Source: an uncultured virus (IMG/VR IMGVR_UViG_3300036770_001202)
Taxonomy: Duplodnaviria; Heunggongvirae; Uroviricota; Caudoviricetes
IMG/VR virus record: IMGVR_UViG_3300036770_001202
Direction: 5' to 3' (one strand)
Length of the DNA: 20,000 bases
The notes under the pieces are model-generated. The model made no database searches. It was given only the letters and a program-made list of their open reading frames with translations, and had not been told where the DNA came from. Positions 7,495 through 16,544 of this stretch are shown here, piece after piece; position 1 is the first letter of the stretch; each line of letters begins with the position of its first letter. Position numbers and translations under genes: made by a program.

Positions 7495-10037
7495 TGAAAA
7501 AAACAGTAGTATTCTCATTTGGTAGAATGAATCCCATGACAAATGGGCATGAAAAATTAGCCGACAAGATCAAGTCGGAAGCATTAAAGCGCAAGGCTGA
7601 TGCTAAACTCTACCTTTCCCATAGCACAAATCCAAAAAAAGACCCTCTTGATCACAAGACTAAGGTCAAGTTTGCCAAAAAGGCATTCGGTCCTATGGTG
7701 CAAGATTCAAACGCAAAGATCATTTTTCAGGTTCTTGAAGAACTCAACGGCAAGTATGACAACATTGTGATGGTTGTCGGTAGCGATAGAGTCCAAGAAT
7801 TTGATACAATCATTAAAAAGTATAACGGCAAGGGCGACTACGAATTTAAGTCGATTGAAGTTATTTCAGCAGGCGAACGTGATCCAGACGCAGAAGGCGT
7901 TACTGGTATGTCCGCATCAAAGATGCGCGGTTTCGCAACATCAAACGATTTTGACAGTTTTAAAAAAGGCGTGCCTTCAAAATTTTCTGATGCAGATGCA
8001 AAGGCATTATTTGCAGCAGTTAGACAGGGGATGAACTTGAAAGAAAATTACGAACAACAAGACGAAGTATTAAACTTTGCACAAAGACGTAAACGTGCAA
8101 TGATTTTCAAAAAATTAAGCAGACGTATTCAGAGAGCAAGAATGCGTCAAATGAAACGTGTAGCCGATCCAGAAAGACTAAAGCGTAGAGCAGTTAAGGC
8201 TGCATATAAGTTTTTCCGTAGACGCCTTGCTGGCGGTCAAAACTACGCAGATTTAGGAACTGGACAAAAAATTGCGGTTGATACTCGCTTGCAGAAAATG
8301 GTTCCCGTTATTAAGAAATTTGCAGTCCGTCTTGTGCCTCAAGTCAGAAAAGCAGACTTGGAGCGTAGACAGAGTATGATGGTAAAACAAGCACAAAAAG
8401 AAGAATTTGATTTGAACGATCAATTCACATTGTTCATCGAATCTAAACTGCCACAAGATAAAGACGTTGGTGGTAAAGAAGGCACACAACCATCAAAGTA
8501 TTATAAGGGTCTAGACAAAGACACCAAAGAGAAACGTGACGCACACTTCAAGCGCATGGGTCCAAGATCAGATTCCGATCCGGATGCATATCAAGACGCA
8601 CCTGGCGATAAAGAGGCAAGAGAAAAAGACATGCCTCAATCGAAGCACACTAAAAAGTATAAGCAAATGTTTGGCGAAGAAGTTGGTAGAAAGTCAATGA
8701 CAAGACTTGACCAACTTGTTCGCATGGGATTAGCAGATAAAAAACTTCTAACTGTTATCAAGCGTTCAGTTGACAAGTTAGATTCTGGAGACATGCTGAA
8801 TCCAGCAGAAAGAAAAGCAACACAAGACTTATTACAGACATTGCTTGACATGGTTCTATCTTCTGACGCATTGTTCAGAATGACACGTTCTACTCTACAA
8901 AAAGAAGATGTAGAACTGAATGAACTTGTCTACAAAGGCAATATCGGCGTTATGGAAATGTTTGAGTTTTTTCAAAAAGCAACAGCAGCGCAAATTGCTG
9001 AAATGAAGAAACTCATCGCAGAAAAGAAAAATGCTGAAGCACTCAAGTTACTGACAAAAGTAACTGGTGCAAAATTAAAATTTGATGAAGGATTCATGAC
9101 TGCAATTAGTCCTATCATTCATCATGGCTCATATAAACACGCAAGTAAAACTTTATCAGATGTAATGAAGCGCAAAGAAGGTTCTGGTAAAGATAAACTC
9201 TATTATGCATCACAAGTTGCTAAGAGTTACTCTGGTGTAGATGCTAAAAAACTTGCTTCAATGACTGAAGAAGAAGATTGGGAAGAACTTGATGGTCTTC
9301 AAATGGCGCAGATTGAAGTTGCTAATCTAGCGCAAGACGTTGATCAGTTAGCAGAAATTTTAGATTCTATGGATGAAGAGCCAGAAGCATGGGTTCTCTC
9401 TAAAATTACAAAAGCAGTTGATTACATTGAATCTGTAACAGACTATCTAGAATTCGAAGGCGATTTTGAAGATGGCATGGTTGACGATGAAGAGGAAGAC
9501 GATGGAGAATACTCTGGCATGTCTGATGACGAATTCGAAATGGAAATGGAAGAAGCATACTTGTCAATGGACAAAGAAGAATTCGGTGATTTGTATGAAG
9601 AAGTAAGTCAAGTATTCGAAGAAGTCGAAGGACTGAAAAAGAAAGCAGAAAAGTCTGGCATTGCATACAGCATTCTAAAGAAAGTTTATGACAGAGGCAT
9701 GGCAGCATGGCAAGGTGGTCATCGTCCAGGAACAACACCTCAGCAATGGGCATTTGCGCGAGTAAACTCATTCATCACAAAAGGCAAGGGTACTTGGGGT
9801 GGCGCAGACAGCGATCTTGCTGCTAAAGTAAAAAAGAACGAAGAATTTTCAAAGTTTGCTGAAGCACTCGAATGGGGTACAGATGAAATGCGTATTGCTT
9901 ACGCCAGAACAACACCAGGTCAAAGCGATGAAATTATAAATGCAATGTATTCAGCAGACAAAGCACTGGAGGTTATGAATAATGCAAATCGCCAAAGATT
10001 GTTTAAATTGTATTCCGAAGACGAGAAAAAATCATGA
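7494..10037 (+). CDS. Phage cytidyltransferase-like (HxGH-class) nucleotidyltransferase fused to a long modular C-terminal region
   Basis: FGRMNPMTNGH (T/HxGH), VVGSDR and SAGERDPDAEGVTGMSASKMR in the first ~185 aa, then basic, acidic and DUF5824-like (KKAEKSG...YDRGMAAW..GHRPG.TPQQWAFARVNSF) modules. Start ATG 7494 with AAGGA RBS. Confidence 0.8.
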   Translation: MKKTVVFSFGRMNPMTNGHEKLADKIKSEALKRKADAKLYLSHSTNPKKDPLDHKTKVKFAKKAFGPMVQDSNAKIIFQVLEELNGKYDNIVMVVGSDRVQEFDTIIKKYNGKGDYEFKSIEVISAGERDPDAEGVTGMSASKMRGFATSNDFDSFKKGVPSKFSDADAKALFAAVRQGMNLKENYEQQDEVLNFAQRRKRAMIFKKLSRRIQRARMRQMKRVADPERLKRRAVKAAYKFFRRRLAGGQNYADLGTGQKIAVDTRLQKMVPVIKKFAVRLVPQVRKADLERRQSMMVKQAQKEEFDLNDQFTLFIESKLPQDKDVGGKEGTQPSKYYKGLDKDTKEKRDAHFKRMGPRSDSDPDAYQDAPGDKEAREKDMPQSKHTKKYKQMFGEEVGRKSMTRLDQLVRMGLADKKLLTVIKRSVDKLDSGDMLNPAERKATQDLLQTLLDMVLSSDALFRMTRSTLQKEDVELNELVYKGNIGVMEMFEFFQKATAAQIAEMKKLIAEKKNAEALKLLTKVTGAKLKFDEGFMTAISPIIHHGSYKHASKTLSDVMKRKEGSGKDKLYYASQVAKSYSGVDAKKLASMTEEEDWEELDGLQMAQIEVANLAQDVDQLAEILDSMDEEPEAWVLSKITKAVDYIESVTDYLEFEGDFEDGMVDDEEEDDGEYSGMSDDEFEMEMEEAYLSMDKEEFGDLYEEVSQVFEEVEGLKKKAEKSGIAYSILKKVYDRGMAAWQGGHRPGTTPQQWAFARVNSFITKGKGTWGGADSDLAAKVKKNEEFSKFAEALEWGTDEMRIAYARTTPGQSDEIINAMYSADKALEVMNNANRQRLFKLYSEDEKKS

Positions 10038-10576
10038 TACCATTTAAAAAATTTAACGCAATCAGCGAAGCACTTCAATGGCACTTAGACAATCAGTTGC
10101 CTCTAAGTGAGAACGTATTTCGCGTAGGTTCAAAAAGTTATTTTGATCTTTATCGTGAAGCAAGAAAACTTCACGAAGATGGCGCTATCGAATTTGATGG
10201 TTGGGATAAGTATCTTTTAGAAGAAACTGATATTGGTAAATTTGCATTCAACGAAGAAGGACAACCTGTACCTCTTGACTGTCCAATGTATGAAGAAGAA
10301 GAAAAAGACGTAGAAATTGGAAAGCCAAAGCGTGGTGGTCCTAAAAAGTTTTATGTGTATGTTCGTAAGCCAGATGGTGGTATCAAGAAAGTTACATGGG
10401 GTGATACAACTGGTTTATCCGTTAAGATGAATGATCCTGAAGCGAGAAAATCATTTGCTGCTAGACACCAATGCTCAATGCAAAAAGATAGAACTTCAGC
10501 GGCGTATTGGGCTTGCAACACTCCTCGATATGCAAAACAATTAGGACTTAGCGGTGGCGGAAACTTCTACTGGTAA
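10034..10576 (+). CDS. Two-module hypothetical protein with DUF6321-like C-terminal domain
   Basis: KKFYVYV...KKVTWGD...ARKSFAARHQC...SAAYWAC. ATGA overlap with the upstream gene. Confidence 0.65.
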   Translation: MIPFKKFNAISEALQWHLDNQLPLSENVFRVGSKSYFDLYREARKLHEDGAIEFDGWDKYLLEETDIGKFAFNEEGQPVPLDCPMYEEEEKDVEIGKPKRGGPKKFYVYVRKPDGGIKKVTWGDTTGLSVKMNDPEARKSFAARHQCSMQKDRTSAAYWACNTPRYAKQLGLSGGGNFYW

Positions 10577-10838
10577 ACCATATAAAGATACTCCTCTAGA
10601 CTATAATAGATTTGTTAGAAAATTTTATCATAGTGTAGAGTCTGATGAACTTATATGGCACAGAGATAAAAAGAATAGAACAGTTAAAGTTTTAGAAGGA
10701 AATGGTTGGTTTTTGCAATTTGAAGATAAACTTCCAGAAGAAATGAAAAAGAATGAAGTGTATCGAATCGAAGCAGAGACTTATCACAGAATTATTAAAG
10801 GTAAAGGCAACTTGATTTTAGAAATCAGAGAGGAATAA
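10554..10838 (+). CDS. Small cupin (RmlC-like) protein
   Basis: ELIWHRD...VLEG.GW.LQ...IEAETYHRIIKG cupin-type His motifs. GTG start with AGGA upstream. Confidence 0.65.
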   Translation: MAETSTGKPYKDTPLDYNRFVRKFYHSVESDELIWHRDKKNRTVKVLEGNGWFLQFEDKLPEEMKKNEVYRIEAETYHRIIKGKGNLILEIREE

Positions 10839-10840
10839 AA

Positions 10841-12370
10841 ATGTCGCTTGCAGATAAATTTAATGTACCACAGACTCTTCATGATTACATTTTAAGTGTA
10901 ATGAAAGAAGAAACCGAATATCAGGCTAAGGTCAAAGCACTTATGGCTAAGAAAGGCATTAAGTCTTTAGCCGATCTTTCGCCTGACGAAAAGAAAGCAT
11001 TCTTTAGTCAATTAGATTCTATGCATAAGGCTAAGAATGAAGAGGTTGATGCTGAAGACGAAATGGATGATGAAGAAGACGATAAGAAGAAAAAAAAGAA
11101 AAAGTCTGAAGATGATGAAGAAGAAACAAACGATGTTGATGAAGCATCTTCTCCAGCACAACAAGCGGCTATTGCAATCGCTATGAAAAAAGATGGAAAG
11201 AAACCAAAGGATATGCAAGAAGCGCCTGTTGGTGGAGGAACTTCAATCAAAGGAAATGAAGCAGATCGTGCAAAGGCTACCGCAGAAAGAGCGAAACTGA
11301 CAATGCAAGCGGCGCAGTTACGCATTAAGCAAGCAAAAGAACGTGAAGCACTCTCTAAGAAAAAGAAAGCAGTCAAAGAAGAAACTTCTATTGAAGAATC
11401 TTTCAGCGATGCACAAATTGCTAAACTGAAGGCTGAGTATTCTAAAATTAACACAATTGATCCATCTGGTGATGGCTATAAGAAATTAACTGCAATGCTA
11501 GATAAACTAGACAAGCCAACACTTGAAAAACTTGCTGGCGCAGGTATTAAGTTTGTATCTGGTCTTGCAAAGAATCGTGTTAATCGCATGAAGAATGAAG
11601 CGGTTGTTAAAGGCAAAGGCTATGACAATCCTGATAACGAAAGAAAAGGTCCTGAAGGTAAAGTGCCAATGACAAGTCTCATGCCTGGACATAGTGATAA
11701 AGCAGCACGATTTGCAGCAGTTCAAGCAAAAGGCAGACTAGTTAAAGGTAAAGCACAAAGCGCACCACAAAAAGAAGAAGTTGAACTTGATGAATCTGGT
11801 GACATGGGTCCATCAAACAAAGGCAAAGAAAAACCTGTAATGATGCGCCATAAGACTTCCGGTAGAGAAATTGTTGTTGTTCCATCTGGTGTCAAAGAAA
11901 AACAAAAACTTGGTTATGAAATTGTTAAAGAAGAATCGAAACTTGAAGAAGGTAAATCTAGCACAGGATACAATCTATATCACAAAGACTTTTCTTCAGC
12001 AATGGCACATGCATATGACTTTGCAAAAAACAAGTATGGTATCGAAGTTGATCCAGAAGAGATTGATCGCAAAGTTGCTATGGGTCCAAAGAAACCTTCT
12101 TCAGGAAAGACAAATTCATATCGTTTGATGGGTAAAGATGGCAAGAAAGCAATTCAGGTACAAGTTGCAAATCTTGATAATAAGCGTTATGAACTCAACA
12201 TGTATAAAGAAGAAGTCGATTTAAATAAAGTATTTTTCGAAGCAATGAAGAAAGATAAAAAAGAGGCGACTGCTAAAGATAAGTCTAAAACAGTCAAGGC
12301 TGGAGATAAACTTTCAGGTAAGCAAGAGCCAGTTGAACTTGAACCGGAATTAAAAGAAGAAACAAAATGA
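10841..12370 (+). CDS. Charged modular protein, probable internal head (prohead core-like) polyprotein
   Basis: 509 aa, K/E-rich, with short modules separated by motifs such as VMKEE, VDEA, MQEA, VKEE, IEES, LDES, LEEG and FFEA. GAGG RBS upstream. Confidence 0.6.
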   Translation: MSLADKFNVPQTLHDYILSVMKEETEYQAKVKALMAKKGIKSLADLSPDEKKAFFSQLDSMHKAKNEEVDAEDEMDDEEDDKKKKKKKSEDDEEETNDVDEASSPAQQAAIAIAMKKDGKKPKDMQEAPVGGGTSIKGNEADRAKATAERAKLTMQAAQLRIKQAKEREALSKKKKAVKEETSIEESFSDAQIAKLKAEYSKINTIDPSGDGYKKLTAMLDKLDKPTLEKLAGAGIKFVSGLAKNRVNRMKNEAVVKGKGYDNPDNERKGPEGKVPMTSLMPGHSDKAARFAAVQAKGRLVKGKAQSAPQKEEVELDESGDMGPSNKGKEKPVMMRHKTSGREIVVVPSGVKEKQKLGYEIVKEESKLEEGKSSTGYNLYHKDFSSAMAHAYDFAKNKYGIEVDPEEIDRKVAMGPKKPSSGKTNSYRLMGKDGKKAIQVQVANLDNKRYELNMYKEEVDLNKVFFEAMKKDKKEATAKDKSKTVKAGDKLSGKQEPVELEPELKEETK

Positions 12371-12855
12371 ACGAATTGCCGCAGATTTATTGCGACATGG
12401 ATCAAGTCCTTGTAAACTTTATGGACGGTGCAAATAAAGCACTCGCAGCACAAGGACTTCAACCATTTCAACATACTGAAAAAGATGTGAAGTGGGAAGC
12501 ACTACAGAAAGTGCCTAAGTTTTGGGCAAATCTTGATCCTATGCCCGATGCTATGACACTTTGGAGATATATTCGTCCTTATGGTCCATACATTCTTTCC
12601 ACGCCCTCGAAGCGTATGGCTACATGCAAGCCTGAAAAGATTGAATGGGTTAGAAAACATCTAGGCAGGGTTGAAGAAATCAATCTTGTTCCTAGAGAGG
12701 ATAAGCAAAAATTTGCAACTAGTGATGGTAAACCCAATTTACTCATTGATGACTATGAGAAAAACTGCAAAGAGTGGGAAGCAGCAGGTGGGATTGCCAT
12801 CCGTCATATAAATAGTATGAACACCATTTCACAACTTAGAAAATTAGGATACTAA
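12367..12855 (+). CDS. HAD-superfamily 5'(3')-deoxyribonucleotidase (NT5C-like)
   Basis: Motif I IYCDMDQVL, motif II ILSTP, K in EKIEW, motif IV LLIDD. Confidence 0.85.
   Translation: MNELPQIYCDMDQVLVNFMDGANKALAAQGLQPFQHTEKDVKWEALQKVPKFWANLDPMPDAMTLWRYIRPYGPYILSTPSKRMATCKPEKIEWVRKHLGRVEEINLVPREDKQKFATSDGKPNLLIDDYEKNCKEWEAAGGIAIRHINSMNTISQLRKLGY
12807..12814 (+). promoter_or_regulatory. T4-type late promoter within the 3' end of the HAD gene
   Basis: Exact TATAAATA 56 nt upstream of the structural gene start at 12871. Confidence 0.65.
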
Positions 12856-12870
12856 TAAAGGAGAACTAAC

Positions 12871-13638
12871 ATGGCACTATGGGGAAGCAGAGATTCATTC
12901 TCATTAACAGGTACAGTAGCGTTTGTTAACGCATCGGCTACCGTTACAGGAACTTCAACCGCGTTCGATACAGAACTGGAAGTTGGTGATGTTATCATCA
13001 CTTCAGGTGGAGATAAATTTAAAGTTACAGGCATTACAAGTAATACATCGATCACTATCGATCCTGCTTGGTCTACAGCAAATGCATCTAGCCAGACAAT
13101 CACTGGTCAAGACGCACCTAAATTCCTAGCAGCATCAGGAGCAACAATTCAAGCAATCGACAAAGTTTATGGTGTTGATTCTACTGAAGCAGTTGCACAG
13201 ACAGTTGATCCAGGTTGGGTTTATGTAAACACATACTCAGACATGCACGGTGTAACTCGCACCAAGCGTGAAGTATTGGTTGCATCTTCATCTTACACCG
13301 CTGACGCAGAAGATACTGTATATCCAGACACAGTTATTACTATCAATACAGAGCCTTCTAACTCTAGCGCAAATACTGGCGATGCAATTACATTCACAGT
13401 TGTAGCATCTACCCTACCAGTTGGCACAACAATCAACTATCGTTGGCAAGAGGCTGCTAATGCAAACGTAGCATTCAGCAATTTGACAGACACAGGTGTT
13501 TACTCTAATACCGGTACTGCAACACTTGAAATCAGCGATAACACAGGACTTGATGGTTACATCTATCGCGTTCAGTTGTCTGCTGCTGGCGTAACTGCAA
13601 ACACAGTATCCGCTAACGCAACAATCACAGAAGTTTAA
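12871..13638 (+). CDS. Virion structural protein with C-terminal Ig-like domain
   Basis: MALWG N-terminus, Thr/Ala-rich. C-terminal ITINTEP...ITFTVVAS...NYRWQ...ATLEI...DGYIYRVQL is an I-set Ig pattern. AGGAG RBS. Confidence 0.75.
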   Translation: MALWGSRDSFSLTGTVAFVNASATVTGTSTAFDTELEVGDVIITSGGDKFKVTGITSNTSITIDPAWSTANASSQTITGQDAPKFLAASGATIQAIDKVYGVDSTEAVAQTVDPGWVYVNTYSDMHGVTRTKREVLVASSSYTADAEDTVYPDTVITINTEPSNSSANTGDAITFTVVASTLPVGTTINYRWQEAANANVAFSNLTDTGVYSNTGTATLEISDNTGLDGYIYRVQLSAAGVTANTVSANATITEV

Positions 13639-13643
13639 TTATA

Positions 13644-13667
13644 GGGGGACCTTGAGTCCCCCATTTT
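13644..13667 (+). terminator. GC-rich hairpin, probable terminator or attenuator
   Basis: GGGGGAC-CTTGA-GTCCCCC followed by ATTTT. Confidence 0.6.
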
Positions 13668-13727
13668 GACCTGAGTCCCAGGAGTAGCATTCCCCTTCAA
13701 TGGGGTTTATAAAATTAGGAGAAACAA

Positions 13728-14264
13728 ATGGCAGATAAAAAAGTAACGCAGTTGACTGCACTAACTGCACCAGCAAATACAGACTTGTTATTGATTATTG
13801 ATGACGCTACAGGATCGCCTGTAAGCAAAAAGATTGAACTAGAAGATTTATTCGGAGCAACTTCCGCAGTAACTCACACCACAATGAACTTTGGTTCAAC
13901 TGGTGATGCTACAATTTTTGCAAACACCTTGACGTTAGATACTGCAACAGCAGGTGTAATTACTCGCGGTGTTACAATTAACGAAGATGGTGCTGACTCT
14001 GATACAAGAATTGAATCGGACAATCAAGCAAACATGTTCTTTGTAGATGCATCAGCAGACGCAATTGGTATCATGACAAATGCTCCAACCGAAGCACTTG
14101 ATATCAATTCTGACGCAATTCGTGTTCGTACCGCACAAACACCAGCATCATCAAACAATATCGCAGTTGGTTGGGGTGTAGGAACTATTACATGGGATAC
14201 AAGTTATATTTACGTTGCAGTTAATGCGTCAACAATTATGAGGGCATCTTTGAGCACCTTCTAA
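13728..14264 (+). CDS. Short fibre-like virion structural protein
   Basis: MADKKVTQLTAL...DLLLIID N-terminus, fibre repeat INEDGADSDTRIESD...FFVDASADAIGI, and C-terminal GTITWDTSYIYVAV. AGGAG RBS. Confidence 0.7.
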   Translation: MADKKVTQLTALTAPANTDLLLIIDDATGSPVSKKIELEDLFGATSAVTHTTMNFGSTGDATIFANTLTLDTATAGVITRGVTINEDGADSDTRIESDNQANMFFVDASADAIGIMTNAPTEALDINSDAIRVRTAQTPASSNNIAVGWGVGTITWDTSYIYVAVNASTIMRASLSTF

Positions 14265-14265
14265 A

Positions 14266-14628
14266 ATGATTGAATTGAATAATGATAATTTTGACGAGTA
14301 TGCAATCAGCAACTACAAAAATCCAAATTGCACCTCTGTTTTAGAATTTCTTGATGATTTAAAGATTATAAAGTATATCAAGAGACTTGTCAACAAATAT
14401 GTTGAAAAGAATGAGTTGAAAGAGAGATTGTTGTTAAATCATATAATCTCTCTTTCAAATGTGTTTGGAGTAGAAGCAACTGTCAATATGTTATGGTTTA
14501 AAATTGAAAAAGAAAACCATGATGTGTTGAATGCATTTTTCGTTTATTTAAAATATGTCGATCTGAAAGAGGTAGACGTATTAGATTTAAATTTGTATAA
14601 TAAATTGGAAAAAAGTATAAATGGCTAA
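14266..14628 (+). CDS. Conserved T4-like hypothetical protein
   Basis: ELNNDNF..YA...Y.NP.C...EF.DDLK..KYIKRL...LKERLLLNHII...NVFG pattern, recalled as widespread in T4-like phages. Confidence 0.7.
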   Translation: MIELNNDNFDEYAISNYKNPNCTSVLEFLDDLKIIKYIKRLVNKYVEKNELKERLLLNHIISLSNVFGVEATVNMLWFKIEKENHDVLNAFFVYLKYVDLKEVDVLDLNLYNKLEKSING

Positions 14629-15670
14629 TCTGATTAATCTTTACTTAGTGTATCGTATACTAAGACTTTTCACCACACCGTTTAATGAATGGGAAGCATT
14701 CAAAACTGGTGTGATTGATGCTGAAGGAAACATTATTCTTCCTCCAGAGAAAAGAAGCACCGTTCAAGATGAGTCATTTACAAAATTCGATTTATTAATT
14801 CTAAAACTCAAACGAGTTTTAGAAAAACTTCCTTTTGGTAAAACTCGACTTGCATCATATGCAGCAGCGTTATATCTTTTGAAAGAAGAAAAGAACATTA
14901 ACGTAGAAACTTTAGAGGAAGATTTTCTAAAACATTTCAATGGTAATGAAGAATATCTGAAAGAAGAAATTGCAAATGTAGTTGGATCGGGCGCAATCGC
15001 AGGTACCGATCAAAATCCTCCTATGGGCAAAAAAGCACAGGCTGCATTTATTCGTAGGTTTGCAAACAATGATGTATTCGTTGTTGATACTCAGAGATTT
15101 AATCAAGCAAGATTAGGCAAAAGAAAATATCTCAAATACGAAAAGTATGTAGGCAACGATGAAGTTGGTAATGCAATTCGTGAATATGGTCGCAAATATC
15201 CAAAGCGCCCTATTATCATACAAGACAGTCAAACAAATGCAATGACTTTCTTGCGTTATGGTCGTAGTGGTATGTTTACTGAATCATTTGCACCAGAAGA
15301 AATTAACGAAGAAGTCACTCAATCAGACTTAAAAAAGATTGAACAATACGCAGACAAACTATTCAAAGCAGTTGGTATTGATGTTGCATTTACACGCCAC
15401 TTTTTAGATAGAGTAAATGACGAAAGAAATAGAAAAGAAATTACACCTGATGAATTGACTAATCTATTTAAAAAGACATATGAAAAGCACGGAAGAAAAA
15501 TTCCTAAATTAGGACCCGATGCTGAAGCAGTAATTAATGATATGCAATCAGATATTAATATGCCATTTGTTTTGAAATGGGATAGAGATGCAGAGCAATT
15601 AGATTTGGTTGCAAAAACTGTAATGAGAAAGAAAAATTTCATGACAAGCAATCAGAAATTGACTGTATAA
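14621..15670 (+). CDS. Modular T4-like protein: conserved N-terminal domain plus C-terminal FTRHFLDR domain
   Basis: N-terminal YRILRLFTTPF.EW.AFK.GVID..GN...LASYAAALYLLKE, then modules separated by LKEE, FTE and INEE. Confidence 0.7.
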   Translation: MANLINLYLVYRILRLFTTPFNEWEAFKTGVIDAEGNIILPPEKRSTVQDESFTKFDLLILKLKRVLEKLPFGKTRLASYAAALYLLKEEKNINVETLEEDFLKHFNGNEEYLKEEIANVVGSGAIAGTDQNPPMGKKAQAAFIRRFANNDVFVVDTQRFNQARLGKRKYLKYEKYVGNDEVGNAIREYGRKYPKRPIIIQDSQTNAMTFLRYGRSGMFTESFAPEEINEEVTQSDLKKIEQYADKLFKAVGIDVAFTRHFLDRVNDERNRKEITPDELTNLFKKTYEKHGRKIPKLGPDAEAVINDMQSDINMPFVLKWDRDAEQLDLVAKTVMRKKNFMTSNQKLTV

Positions 15671-15679
15671 GGAGATTAT

Positions 15680-15799
15680 ATGTTAGACATTTTATTTTGG
15701 GTAGCAATAGGCGCATTTGTTGGTTGGAATTTTCCGCAGCCATTTTGGGCTAAGATCATTCAAGAAAAAATTCAATCAGCATTGTCGAAGAAAGAATAA
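15680..15799 (+). CDS. Small single-TM protein (39 aa, absent from ORF track)
   Basis: MLDILFWVAIGAFVGWNFPQPFWAKIIQEKIQSALSKKE* with a strong AAGGAG RBS. Confidence 0.75.
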   Translation: MLDILFWVAIGAFVGWNFPQPFWAKIIQEKIQSALSKKE

Positions 15800-15813
15800 C
15801 GGAGTAAACTGAA

Positions 15814-16278
15814 ATGTGGATACTTAGTTGGCTTCCGTATTGGATTTTTTATGCGGTAGCACTAATAGGTGTTGTCGGATACTTTCTTACATATCTTTTA
15901 AGATTTGTTCCAATTCCTGCACTTTACATATATAAAACTCCAATTCAAATTGTATCAATTGCATTAATTGCGATTGGTGTTTATATGTCTGGTGCAATAG
16001 CAAATGAGGAAGCATGGCAAGCAAAAGTAAAAGAATTAGAAGTTAAAGTTGCACAAGCAGAAGCAAAAGCAGCAGAAGAAAATATTAAAATTGTAGAAAA
16101 GGTTGTTTTCAGAGATAGAGTCATCAAAGAAAAGGGTGATGATATCATCAGATATATTGACAGAGAAGTTGTCAAAAAAGAAGAAGTGATTAAGTTTATT
16201 GAAAATTGTCCTATACCTGCTGAGATAGTTAATACACATAATGAGGCTATCAAACAGTTGAAGGGCAATAAGAAATGA
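15814..16278 (+). CDS. Inner-membrane spanin candidate (Rz/i-spanin-like)
   Basis: N-terminal TM helices, periplasmic coiled coil (AWQAKVKELEVKVAQAEAKAAEEN), late Cys (ENCPIP), and overlap with a lipoprotein gene. Confidence 0.65.
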   Translation: MWILSWLPYWIFYAVALIGVVGYFLTYLLRFVPIPALYIYKTPIQIVSIALIAIGVYMSGAIANEEAWQAKVKELEVKVAQAEAKAAEENIKIVEKVVFRDRVIKEKGDDIIRYIDREVVKKEEVIKFIENCPIPAEIVNTHNEAIKQLKGNKK

Positions 16279-16544
16279 AAAAATTAATCTTGGCAATTTC
16301 ACTAATGTTTATCGCCGGATGTGCAACAACAGTACCAGTAGCAAGAAAATTTCCTGAAGCACCTGAAGCATTAAAAAAACCATGTGAAGACCTTAAATTG
16401 CTGAATGGAGATAAAGTTTCTATTACAGACATGCTTAAAGTCGTGGTAGATAATTACAGATTACATTATGAGTGTTCGAATAAAGTTGAGGGGTGGACCG
16501 AATGGTACACGGAACAAAAGAAAATTTTCGAGGATGTTAAATGA
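16275..16544 (+). CDS. Outer-membrane lipoprotein spanin candidate (Rz1/o-spanin-like)
   Basis: Lipobox IAGC, Pro-rich TVPVARKFPEAPEALKKPC and a second Cys (HYEC). Confidence 0.7.
   Translation: MKKLILAISLMFIAGCATTVPVARKFPEAPEALKKPCEDLKLLNGDKVSITDMLKVVVDNYRLHYECSNKVEGWTEWYTEQKKIFEDVK

Noticed and set aside
11035..11140. GAA/GAT/AAG-rich low-complexity tract
   Set aside because: It encodes a D/E/K-rich linker and is not a DNA repeat array or CRISPR.
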